Of a stretch of DNA of 46,668 nucleotides, positions 35,974 to 46,668 are shown in pieces. Position 1 is the stretch's first letter; each line of letters opens with the position of its first letter. The position numbers and the translations under genes are program-made. Source of the stretch: Chlorokybus atmophyticus (taxonomy: Eukaryota; Plantae; Mesostigma and Chlorokybus algae); NCBI GenBank assembly GCA_009103225.1, contig RHPI01000249.1:389019-435686 (forward strand), written 5' to 3'. The notes beneath the pieces are model-generated. The model did not search any database and was not told where the DNA came from. It worked only from the letters and a program-made list of their open reading frames with translations.

Positions 35974-36499
35974 GGGGGGGGGGGGGGGGGGGAGGTTGTG
36001 CCAGTCAGTATCGCGATGAGCTGTAGGAAACCCTAGAAAAACAGCCAGCAGCCGCCCACCTGCACGCTTTTCCATGGCCGAATTGTTGCAGCACAGCGGC
36101 ACAACCTTGTCCTACGCTCAGCGACAGTGTGGGACGATGGGGCTGACTGGCAGCAAAGTGCTTGGCTTAATTGTGAACCACTCTCAACCTCCCTTCCCCC
36201 TCCTCTCCCCCGCCGTCAGCAGCACGCAGGCGGTACCTACTTCGCCGCCTCCTCCAGCTTGTGGGCGGCATCATCAGCAGTAGTGGCGGCAAGGCAGTGC
36301 ATCATGCACTGTGCATGGCATGGCCGGCTGGAACTTATCTTGTGCCGAAAACCTGTACATGCTGACGTGTGCAAGTCGCGAACCGCGGCTTGCACACGTC
36401 AGCAAGTAAGCACAAGCGACTTGCGGCTCGTCTCCCTGGTCCGTACGCTACACTGAGTGCAGTGTGGTACCGTGCGTCTGCGCAAGTTGGTACATTGTA

Positions 36500-39400
36500 C
36501 AGTCTACCCCCGCCAAGAGAATTCGTTTCAAGAGAATAACCCCGTTAGTATCATAAAAAATGAGATTACCAAACGTTCTACAGGCAAATTACGCGTCTCA
36601 AGAGAATATGACTAACCGCGAAGAGCATTGCTTTTTTCCTTGAAAAAATTGTAAGTTTAAGTGAGGATATGCTTGTATCGGGGGTGCAAGTGTGATGCAT
36701 ACGGCGCACAGCGTGATGAGCATGATGGGCGTGATGCATGTAATCACTGTATCTTAATGTAACTTAGCGTTGCAAAGCATCACCGCCGCCACTTCGGACG
36801 GCAGCGACGGCGGTAAGGAGACGCAGGCTGGGGGCAGCGACGGCGGTGAGGAGACGCAGGCTGGGGCAGCGGTGGCGGGCGGGGTATAGTTGATGGGCAT
36901 GCCGCTCAACTTGTAGGGCGGCTAGCTGGTCACAACTGTTGCAGCGCCGCTGCTGGCGGCGCACAACAAGTAAGGTTTTGCAACGCACATGCAGTGCATG
37001 CACGTACATGCAGTGTGTGATTGTGTATGCACAAACAGTGATGTAGTGTGTGATTGTTGTTGTAGGTCAGCATGGCCGCACAAATCAAGCGTGATAACCT
37101 TCCTCTAAAAGACAAGCAGCATCCTTGAGTTGTGTGACGCCAATGAAGGTCTTAAACAAGCGGACTTGATTGCTATTATTAGACCTGAGTTTAAGTTTAC
37201 TATCAAGCAGAGTTCGCTCTCCAAACTTCTCAATAAACAGCGACAGCAAATAGCCGATGCGTTGGCTGTGGGTGGCAAGCATGCGGCCAAAAACACAAGG
37301 ATGCGGATTGGGGCTCATCCCAAGTTAGAAGATGGATTGTATGAGTGGTTTGCACAGGCCAGAGCACGCAATGCGTTGATCAGTGATGCATTGTTGATGG
37401 AGAAAGCATCAGATTTTGCCAACCGGTTAGGAATAGAAGGGTTCAACGCTTCGCAAGGTTGGGTGCACCGTTTTAAGAAGCGTCATTCAATTGCTGCGAA
37501 AACTCTGCATGGCGAAGCGGCTGATGCAGATGCGGAGGGTGTGGATGCAGCTCGTAGTAGATTGCCGTTGATCTTAGCAAACTATCGCATCATTAATGTA
37601 TGGAACTTGGATGAGAGCGGAGTGTTCTATAGAGCACGTCCGCGTCGTACATTAGTAGTTGCATCGGAGGAAGCAAGAGGGGGCAAGCGAGAGAAGGACA
37701 GGATCACGGCAGTTTTGTGTGTCAATGCTGACGGTTCTGAAAAGCGACCAGTCCTCATCATTGGCACCTACAAGCGTCCGAAGTCCTTTGGCAGCACTTG
37801 GACGCCAATCCGCATTGGCGTTGACTACGACTACAACAAGAAGGCTTGGATGAACTCGGGGGTGAGTGCATGTGCATATGCAACTTCATTTGCAGCTGCA
37901 TATGCATTGATTGTGCATGTCACTTACTGTTGTGATGCTTGCAACAGGTCTTCAGCCGGTGGTTGTGTGCCTTCAATCTAGATATGAAGCTACAGAACCG
38001 CCACATCTTGCTGCTGATGGACAACTCCTCAACGCATGCCTGCGTGTATGCAGAACAGGGCTTGGAAGAAGGCTTCCGAACGCTGTCACTAAGCCACATA
38101 AAGTGTTTGTTTCTTCCGGCCAACACTACATCCAGAGTCCAACCTTTGGATGCTGGCATCATTGCTGCATACAAGGCCAGGTAAGTCACAATACATGCCG
38201 TGTTATAAACAAACAGAGCTTTTATTTCTATCAAGATATCAGAATTTTCGGGTTGGGGGGCCGGGGCCCCCCAAACCCCCCTTGTTTGTCAGAGTTTGTT
38301 GTGGTGTACATCATGTTGTTGATGGTCTTCATGTGCAGGTACAAAAGGAAGCTTGTGCAGCATCTTCTCCAGCAATATGATGCAGACCCCACCCTCGACT
38401 TGAGTAAAGTGAAGGTGCAGATGCGTGAAGCCATCATGTGGAATCGCAAGGCGTGGGACGAACTGACTGCCACAACCATTGCCAACTGCTGGAGGAAGAC
38501 TGGCATTACCCCCGTGGAATGGTATGAGGCCACTCCCGCCGACACCGAGCGCATCATTCACGCGGTGATACACGACATGGGTGAGATGATGCAGCGTTTG
38601 CCCATTCCACATGCTGACATGCTCTCCGCTGACGAGTTTGTCGAGGCGGATGATCATCTTCCTACTGAGGCTAGCCAATGTGACGAGGACATTTTGATGA
38701 GTGTTGGGGCACTGACTCCACCGACGGACGACACCGCCGATCCCGACGCGGAAGGTGTGTACGCGTGCATGCACACCGTATGTAGCTTTCCTTCTCACAA
38801 TTTTCACATAACACATTGCAGATGATGGTAAGTGCGCACCGCCGGTTGTGACGACATTCGGGTGTCTTCAGCACTTGGACAGTATTGAGGCCTTCGTGGC
38901 TGGCAGTGAGTGCTTTATGCCTGAGCATCTACAGTTGGCGTTGCGGCACATCCGCAATGTGGTGATTCGTCATCAGCTATTTGGCTCCTCGCATCAGACA
39001 CGCTTGCACGAGATCTTTCATGCTTCGAGTAATGAGGCATCAACATCACACGCAGCCACCACCAGTGCAACGGCCGAAGACCCTCTTGTAGTTGATGACT
39101 AGTGGCTGAGATGTTTGATGTACATGCGAACTTTCATTATGTTCAAGGCATGAGACATGCATGCAAGTGTGCATGCTTTGCATCATACACAAAAGTTAAC
39201 ACACTGAAACACATTTCAAGCCCATTGACAGGCTTAGCAGATGTACATTAAACAATGCATTACAACCGCAGCATCTTGGCTGCATGTCACACAAATGGCA
39301 AAAATGTTGTTTGGATTCATCTGACTATAGCAACGCAATTGTATGGTATTCAAGCAAGAATGTAGCAACATGGGCATTGTTGAGCTTCATTGCTCACCAT

Positions 39401-39559
39401 GCTAAGGCGAAAAAGTATTAGACACAAGACCCCGCTAATAGCATATTTATGCTCTTGGCAGTCAATAGCATATTATGCTCTTAAACGCCTAGAGAATAAC
39501 CCCGCCAAGAGCATAAGATGGCTGAGGATAAACAGTATGCTCTTAGCGAGGGTAGACTG
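36500..39559 (+). mobile_element. pogo-family (IS630-Tc1-mariner) DNA transposon, 3060 bp
   Basis: TIR CAGTCTACCC(C/T)CGC(C/T)AAGAG; TA TSD at 36498-99 and 39560-61; CAAGAG(A/C)AT subterminal motifs. Confidence 0.95.
37072..39102 (+). CDS. pogo transposase (psq-HTH, CENP-B HTH, DDE_1; DD42D), three introns, one frameshift near 37120
   Basis: HPKLEDGLYEWF, FNASQGWVHRFKKRH, WNLDESG, LLMDNSSTH, VQPLDAG; GT-AG introns 37862-37947, 38181-38338 and 38755-38821 keep the frame. Confidence 0.92.
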
Positions 39560-39835
39560 TACCGTGTTTGCCCCGGTTCGAAAGCCGCGGGTGGGACGAC
39601 CAGCCTTGGTCCTAGTGGTTGGACCGCGTGCTGAACCAGTGCTGCCCTGGCTCAGAGACCGCGGGGCACGCGACCAGCCCTGGTTCGGTGAATCGGACCA
39701 TATCGGCGGGCTCCGGGGGCGTACCACCGGTGGTCCGGTCACGCCGGACCAGTCGCGGCACCGGTACGCTGCAGCGTACCAGACGTGGTCTGCGCGCCGC
39801 CTCCGACTGGTCCGCGCGTAAAAACCCCTGTGTGG

Positions 39836-40630
39836 AGGAGGCTTAAACAATGGTGGCAACAAGAAGGGCAACTACAAGAAGACCCTCAAGTGTAATGACT
39901 GTGGGAAGCGAGGCCACTTTAAAAATAAGTGCCGGCTGTTGTTAGCAGAGTAAGAGAAGACGAAGGGTGGCGGACATTACAACAAGGTGGAAAAGCCTGT
40001 TGCGTTCACAGCAACATCGTCGCGAGCTACTGCTTGGGTGTTGGATTCCGAGTGCAATAGACATCTCACCTTCGACAAATAGCAGCTCCAGAACTACAAG
40101 CCCCTTGATCAGCCTGTCACAGTTATGTTTAAAGGCAGTGAGGAGGTAGCTATTGGTGTGGGGGACATCATCCTCAACTGTAGTGTCGACAGAGCTAAGA
40201 GGCAGGTGTGCTTGCGCAACGTGTTACATGTTCCCTGGGCGGTTGCAAGTCCTGTCTTGGTGCGTGCTGCTGCGAGAGCTGGGGCAAAACGAGTGTTTCA
40301 GGGAGACACTGGGCATGTGATGTTTGATGGGGTCGTGCACATGGTCGCTTAAGAACATGGAGGAGGAGAGTACCATGTGAAGCTTGCGTATATGCGAGCA
40401 TGTGCTGCAAGAATGATGAAGTCTGCAGCACTGTGGCATCGAAGGTTAAGACACCCCGGCTATGACAACCTCACTAGGCTGGTGAAGGAAGACATGGTGG
40501 ATGGTATCAACATCAAGCCGGAGGAGTTCAAGATCATGCAAGAGGTGCAAAAGATGTGTGCTGGCGAAGCAACAATGACAGCCATTCCAAGCATCAATCC
40601 GTGACAACAAGATCTTTGCAAGTGGTACAC
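39836..40630 (+). pseudogene. Copia gag CCHC, PR, GAG-pre-integrase and integrase start (continuation of 29660-31043)
   Basis: CNDCGKRGHFKNKC, WVLDSECNRHL, LRNVLHVP, ALWHRRLRHPGYDNL, TRSLQVVH, then an abrupt cut. Confidence 0.88.
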
Positions 40631-41045
40631 CACCGGTAATTTTGGGACCCCCCGAGTCCTGATTGTTCACGCCATCTCGTCTGAATATTGATGACTTGAT
40701 CCGTTTCACGCCTTTTGTCCGTGAATATCCAATGGTTATTGTACTTTTTGTCCCATCCCTGCCAAAAGGAACAGCGTTCTTCACCCGCAAGACGCATTCA
40801 TATTCAACGTACATACCACTGAACCTCGTTTCAACCCGTACACTTTGCATTTCAAACTGAGTATTTCGTGCATATTCAATGTCAGTCAAGTTGTAGTTGA
40901 TGAACGATATGGTACAATGAATTGTCAGTGCCCAAACAGCAGAATAATCACCCAGCGTGTGTGGTGCTGGCTACGACTTGCCGCGAAAACCCTGAGTCCT
41001 AAATACCATTGCATAGTCACCGTCATATTCAGGGAACATTTAGCA

Positions 41046-41203
41046 TGAAATACACCAAGTCCCAAGTGCCATCGAACATTCAACACCACTTGACAAAACT
41101 GCCGATGTGAAATGACACCAAGTGCCAAGTGCCATTGAAAGTTCAACACCACTTGGCAAAACTGCCGCTGTGAAATTACACTAAGTCCCAAGTGCCATTG
41201 AAA
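41046..41203. repeat. ~2.5 tandem copies of a 62-63 bp unit
   Basis: TGAAAT..ACACCAAGT(C/G)CCAAGTGCCAT.GAA..TTCAACACCACTTG.CAAAACTGCCG at 41046, 41108 and 41171. Confidence 0.9.
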
Positions 41204-41334
41204 AGGCAAGCATGCTAATGGCATGCATTCTAAATTCTATTAAGCACAAAGTTAGCTTGGGCTACTATTACACAGCTGGCCAATGAACCTGTGCTTTTGA
41301 CTACAATTTAGCTATGTACCAACCGCCTGCTACT

Positions 41335-42607
41335 TCACATCCGCCGTGACGTTTGCTGTGCTGGCATGCTGTCCATGAGTGTTCGCAGTCGTCTCCTTAA
41401 GCTGTCTGCCTCTTTTGGACGAAACCAATCCTTTTGCATCTGCGTTGCACACACCCACACCATCTGGTTGCTCAACACATGTCAACCTACACGACTTTGC
41501 ACTAAGGCAGCTGCCATATGGAGTACATTCCAATGCATGAGCTGTACCTGCTGAAATATCGGGGCGTTTTGCTCAATTGGACCAGCTTGTCTCCCATCTA
41601 TAAACTTGTCAAGGTAAACCATGACAAACAGCCCGCACGCAACTCCATCCCTCTGCTGAGGGACCTGCACGAACACGCTATGTCAATGCGGGCGAACCAA
41701 ACGTATGTGCATCTACATAGGGATTGTGCCGGGAGAGGGCGTGACCTCATCACCAGGCCAAAACAACATGTCCTCCCTGTGGATCAAGTAGCGGGACGTT
41801 TGCGGGAGAGAAGCGCTGTTGCGACTCACTTCCATGCTTCCTGCCCCACATATAGTTTAGATAAGCGCGCATTGGTCCGTCGACGTTGCGATGTAGACCA
41901 AGGGAGTCGAGATGGACGATCAAGGGCGGCGTGTTGCTTCCAAGTTCCCCTCCAGGATTGCACACCAGCAGCAGACTCCAGTGAGTCCTGTGGCATGCAG
42001 ACTTCAAAGTGAGTCCATGCGAGCAAGTACAGCAGCACTGCAGTGCGAGAACTTGGCTTCACTCTCACCGGCTGTCTGGGTTGACAATTGCTGCCAGCAA
42101 GTTCTTGGAAAACGGATCGTTCTCCCACCTATCTATCCTGTGATTGCCACTGTGCCAGTTATGTTGTTCATGGCAGTGCACAATCTTGGTGTAGAAGTGC
42201 GGGTTGAACAGCCTCACGTGAATGCCTTCAGCTCTGCCCACGACCTCCTCTTCCTTATATCTGCGCGTGCGTGACACATACATGACACAGCTGCACAACA
42301 CCAACAACGCAAGGCTCATACCTGCAAAAGAAGTGGAGCACGGTGTCGTTGAGCTCCTGTCTGCCGTCCAGCAACTTTCTGTCCGCTTCAAACACTGGCA
42401 CCGCATCACGTGCATTTGCACTAGGGTAAATGAACAGGGGCACAGGTGTTGACGCCTCAACTTCAGCACCCGGCCCGTCCAGCACCATGATGTCATCATC
42501 GCTGTCCACGAGGTCCACAACTGCTGCAGCCGTCGTGGTTCCCTGACTTGGGTGCTGGCGACGTTCCCCGTTGGCATCCTCATCATCAAGTTCCATCGGG
42601 ACTGGCT
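41335..42607 (-). CDS. Ulp1-like SUMO protease (peptidase C48), multi-exon
   Basis: ELNDTVLHFF, LFNPHFYTK, THWSLLLVC, VHLDSL, VPQQRDGVACGLF, WFRPKE..LR; exons 42322-42607, 42069-42260, ~41777-41987, 41548-41664, 41335-41439. Confidence 0.9.
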
Positions 42608-42683
42608 CTGCAGCGTAAAAAGGTGGGATTATGCAATAAGCGCCGCAACGCAAACCAAGAAGCGTCAGCACGTTGCTGCTTAC

Positions 42684-43233
42684 CACTCATATCCTCATCC
42701 CCGCACTCTTGAACAAAGCTTTTACCCACGCTCTCAGTCGGTGGTTGTGAAACCCTACCGCTGCTGCCCGGCAAAGAACGACGCGCGAGGCTATCCCTTG
42801 GAAGCTGTGCCGGAGCCCCACCTTCTTCGTACGCAGCGCATTGCGAGCATGTGACCGAAAAGATGTTACCAACAGCATGACGTTGACAGAGGCTGTTTGG
42901 GCATGTCGCGCATACTTGTCGAGCTGGTTCATTGCATCTGTGCACATGGCACCTGCGTTCCAGTGATCATTTTAGAACTTGTCGACTTCAGACACCATGC
43001 ATTCACTGGATACTGAAGCTTACTTGTGCCTTGGGCATTCCCAATGGTCATCTTCCACAGGTGGTACAGTGACGCAGCGTGCGTGGTAGCTCTTCCAGCA
43101 GCCTTCTGCATCACAGCCGAATATGCTACCGCCATCCTTGCAGACAAAGCAATAGTCTTCGTGTTCACGATTCTCCAATGCATCCAGCTCTAGCCCCGGT
43201 CTCATCCTGCAAACCAAGGTCAGGTGCCCAGAT
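42684..43233 (-). CDS. NSD-like PHD finger + C5HCH module (exons 43024-43233 and 42684-42952)
   Basis: HEDYCFVCKDGGSIFGCDAEGCWKSYHARC..WECPRHK|CHVHRC..VCATCPNSLCQRH; resembles the NSD1/2/3 PHD5-C5HCH pattern from memory. Confidence 0.85.
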
Positions 43234-43479
43234 CTGCAGTCACACAACAGTAGGTATATGCAGCATCACAATAGCAAAGAGTACCTCATGTACTCAAAAT
43301 GCCAGTCACGGCGTGTGGTCCACGACACCTCGCTCGAAGCGCTGTTGGTTTCGCTGTGGTCACCCTGCACCATGTTCATGTACACAAGATGGTTGTATGT
43401 GATGCCAAGACCCGGGAACCATGAGGACACCCAGATTCTCACAAACAAATCTGCTCTCACCGGAGTGTCGCGGTGCACA

Positions 43480-46400
43480 CCTCGGCGCATGAGGCTTCGC
43501 CTGTCTTTGACAAGCGCTACTGTTATTTTGGTGTCATACGGGTCAATACCCTCAAACCACTGGCCCTTGACCTGCCAGCAAGGACATGTATCACCCAATC
43601 TCACTCTACCATCAACTCGCAAAAACCGCTGCAACACACCTACTTACTAGGTTGCAATCAAGGTAGGTTTGTTCTGCAAAGCGGGGCTTGTCTTTCCTCA
43701 GGATTGCAAAGCCTCCCATGTGCTGCACCTGGTTGCTCATGTACCACCTCGCTCTGAGGAGCTGGTGCTCCCAACCGGCTACCACGACAACATCAAAAGA
43801 CTGCACCCTGCCATACCAGTGGACCTTCTTGGTTGGGTCATTTGAGTCACGCCCAACGGTAAACACTCCGCAGTCCATAGTGCGGAGCTTCTTCTCAGTG
43901 TCCTCCGCTCTGAACTGGCCAATGTCCTTGTAGCGCGCTCTGTAGTACCTCATGATGTACTTTGGAAAAATGGGACCACTCAACAGCTCCATCTCGTGTT
44001 GAGTAAGCTCCCTATCAGGTCCACGCCAATGATGCAGCTCAGTCATGTGCTCCATGTCACTGGTCACGAGATTCCCTTGTGCTTGGGCCCTTTCGCGTGT
44101 CTTCCGCCGTTTTTGAACAGCCCGACTGAATTCTCTGTTCACCAACCCATTGTGGACTCATAATATGCAGGGGACATTGCGTACCAAACAACGATTGCTA
44201 AAGCAACTTACTCTTTTAGCTGCATGTACTCATCGTCATTTTCGGCCAACCACCACTCCAGCTCCTGCCTGATCTTGCTATCTTTCTCACACTCAACACG
44301 GTGTCTGCGCCCGCAGAGGACATAGTCATCATCATCTCGCTCCTTGCCCGATCGCAGACTGATGCCGACGAAAAGCCTCTTCAAGGTGTCCATGTAAGTG
44401 TTCAACATGAGCTGGATGGAGTATCTGCAGACATAACTTGCATTTAACACAAGTCAAAGAACGAGAGTACGAAACAGGTTGCATGCAACTTTTAGTTGGC
44501 CCAGACTTGCCTTTTGCAGATGCTTGCTTCCACATGCTGCCTGGCAAAAATCATGCGCTTCACCCACTGCATAAATCGTTCGTCGGCCCACTCCCAGTGA
44601 TCGCGCACCGGACCAAGCCACATGCATTGCCCTGGTAGATGGCCAAGGAGGTGCAGCATCATTGTGAGCGAAGTCCGCGGGAAGAGCAGCTCCACCTCAG
44701 ACTGTGCCTCATGCACCAGCACCTGCGATGAATAATGCAAGTCATGCAACCTGTAGAAGCTAAGCATACACATGGAAGGTATGGTTAAAGCCCTAACCTG
44801 CAGTTCTTCAAGGTGTGACTGCTTCACTTCCAATGCAGTCAGCCGCTGATAGATGTCGCAGAGTTTGAGGATTGTTCTCTTCTGATCTTCTCCAATGTCA
44901 TGAGCAGAGCGCAGCACGTACTGGAAAATCACGGACCACAAGTTGTGCTTGTCGTGCGATTTCATCAAGCCTGTGTGCTCACTACATCAGATTGTTAAGT
45001 AGACACAATGTGCAATGCAAGGACACTGAGTTGACTTGCACGCAGTTGAGAACCATGGTGGTTGTCTCACCTAAATGCTTGGTGAAAGATTGCAGCTTAG
45101 AGCCGAAAGTGCTTGGAACCCTCACGCCTGAGAGTAATTGCTCAACCAGCCCTGCATCCGTGATTGCCCATGGAGCCTGAGGTTTGACCTTAACTGCAAC
45201 TTCCTTTCCGTCTTTCGTCATCATCTCTGCAACGCATCATCACAAAGTCACACGAGTTGGCAGGCAGTCATCACAAGTGTCGCATAAGCCTGCAGTACCT
45301 GTAGCTGGAGTTCTGGCATACGACCTTGCTGCTGCAGATCTTCTCGAGTCTCATTGCTGTCGCGCAATCCAGCAAGCAGATTGGCCAAATTGGTTGCGAG
45401 ATTGGCAAAAATGTGCATAGGGCCAATCACATGACCTTTTACAGATTTCTGTAAAGGCATCCAATAGGGAAGGTCGTGAAAACAGCTTAGGCCAAGGATT
45501 CCGGAGGACTTTGAAGGATGTTTCTTGGAGTGAAGTGGTCGCTTGCTGTTGCGGGATGTCATGGCGTACCTGATCACATGGCATCCATTGGTGAAGCTTG
45601 ATTGACATAGCTACGTTCAGCTACGTCACTTGATTGGTTGCTCACCGGTACACACTTTCTGCAGTCCGCATGGGAGGTGGAGGTCTGTGTTCTGGTTGGG
45701 GCCAACGCTCATCAACTCGGTAGGGATGGTCATCTGGTAAGTACCGGCGGTAGCCTTGATAAATCACCTTTTTGAGGAGTTCCACATGTTCTCCACTGCA
45801 CTCGCATTTGGAACAGCCAAAGATGGCTCCATGAGCCATCTGCATAGCTGCTTTTGCCAGAGCTGCGCAACCATCATTACATGTTTCAGAGAAGGCAAAC
45901 ATGGTTGCCATACCAGTCAGATAGTATATTCATAGACACTGATGGCCAACACTTGCTGCTTGCGTACCTGGGTAATCATGGATTACAATCTCCAAGATAG
46001 ATCTGCACCGGAAAACTTCGTCGCGGTGGCTGTCATATATGTCGATGCCTACAACAAACACCAGCAGCTGAGATGCCCTACACATTCCAGTCCAGAGCAG
46101 TTTGAGAGCATGTCTAATGTATCGAGAGCTGGCTTGTTCAAACTACATTGAAACCATACCTTCCCAAAGGGTTCCCAACTGGTCAATGATTGGCTTGAGA
46201 TAGGCCTGTAGATTCTCTGGCTGTTTGGGACCAGGTATCACCGCAGCTAGAAAGGTAGTGTCGGTCTTGTGCATTTTGGCAATGGGCAGGTTCAGCACAG
46301 AGATTGTGACAAGCCAAAATTCATAATTCCCTGCAAGTCCACACAAACACCTCGATCAATGCCAACTGTGAATTTACACACTGCAATGACAGCACAGGTA

Positions 46401-46668
46401 AAAGGCACAATCACTACCTTTATGCGGATCTTTGAAAGGGCTCATCCCGTCAATAAACATTGCCAGCCGCACATTACGCGGTTCTTTGATAAACCGGATG
46501 TAGCGTTCTTCTGTATGCTTGAACATTGGCGAGTCTGACAGCAGCAACCACATAAATAATCGTAAACATGTAAGAATTCAGGGTGCATTGGGCATCAACT
46601 TGTCAATCCACACTGCCATATACATACCGTGTATGGATCGTATAACCCCATCCTCACTGCGATTGGTG
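43480..46668 (-). CDS. EnSpm/CACTA Tnp2-like transposase (Transposase_21, DUF4218- and DUF4216-like regions), intron-rich, 5' end outside the window
   Basis: PRNVRLAMFIDGMSPF, VLNLP..VIPGPKQPENLQAYLKPIIDQL..LWEG, YRRYLPDDHPYR, MLHLLGHL..LGPVRDHWEWADERF, RTMDCGV..WYGRV..ARWY. Confidence 0.92.

Larger units (their letters stand above)
31044..39832. mobile_element. 8.8-kb CACTA/CMC-like TIR element, non-autonomous as far as visible
   Basis: Ends CACACGGAATTTTT / CACAGGGGTTTTT (rc); 3-bp TSD TGG (31041-43, 39833-35); GGACCAG/CTGGTCC subterminal repeats at both ends; removal rejoins the Copia frame (AGGGGLNNGG..CNDCGKRGHFKNKC). Confidence 0.85.
40631..46668 (-). mobile_element. EnSpm/CACTA (CMC) transposon, 3' portion; continues beyond the window
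   Basis: Putative terminus CACCGGTAATTTT cuts the Copia integrase after VVH; Tnp2-type transposase exons. Other end and TSD not visible. Confidence 0.88.

Noticed and set aside
32162-36102. Long ORFs in the track filled with X
   Set aside because: They are open only because they cross N gaps.
41335-43233. Host NSD or SENP gene
   Set aside because: No SET or PWWP domain; it lies between the transposase and the putative terminus on the same strand. Not fully excluded without the other end.
43266-43637. SET or BAH domain upstream of the PHD
   Set aside because: No NHSC/ELxFDY SET motifs; the segment is better explained as introns plus the DUF4216-like end of the transposase.
1-46668. TnpB/Fanzor, Helitron Rep/helicase, tyrosine recombinase, viral genes, telomeric arrays
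   Set aside because: No diagnostic motifs seen by eye; a profile-HMM search is needed to exclude divergent forms.

Overview
Eukaryotic window, probably from a green alga (inferred from short GT-AG introns and algal-type retroelements). It is almost entirely nested transposable-element sequence; I found no host housekeeping gene, rRNA, bona fide tRNA or CRISPR array. Left to right: (1) a Ty3/Gypsy integrase with a C-terminal PHD finger, PPT and LTR, present again at ~17.2-20.8 kb; (2) Ty1/Copia gag-PR relics; (3) a near full-length decayed L1-like LINE (~5.2-15.96 kb) inside a Copia gag, with three insertions in ORF1 (hAT-like MITE, two-LTR gag-PR-only Copia, solo LTR), each with a TSD; (4) a tandem-array TRIM (4 LTRs, 432-bp period, 4-bp TSD) in the second Gypsy copy, with a tRNA-like A-box/B-box split across its LTR-PBS junction; (5) two L1 3' fragments, an unassigned decayed ORF and a Gypsy gag-PR-RT-RH; (6) a Copia split by an 8.8-kb CACTA-like element (3-bp TSD) that holds a co-varying hairpin family and an intron-containing pogo transposon; (7) an EnSpm/CACTA element whose intron-rich gene appears to splice transposase, an NSD-like PHD-C5HCH module and a Ulp1-type SUMO protease in frame. 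Best novelty candidates: the split-tRNA tandem TRIM and the transposase-PHD-Ulp1 gene. All calls are by manual reading; no database search was run.
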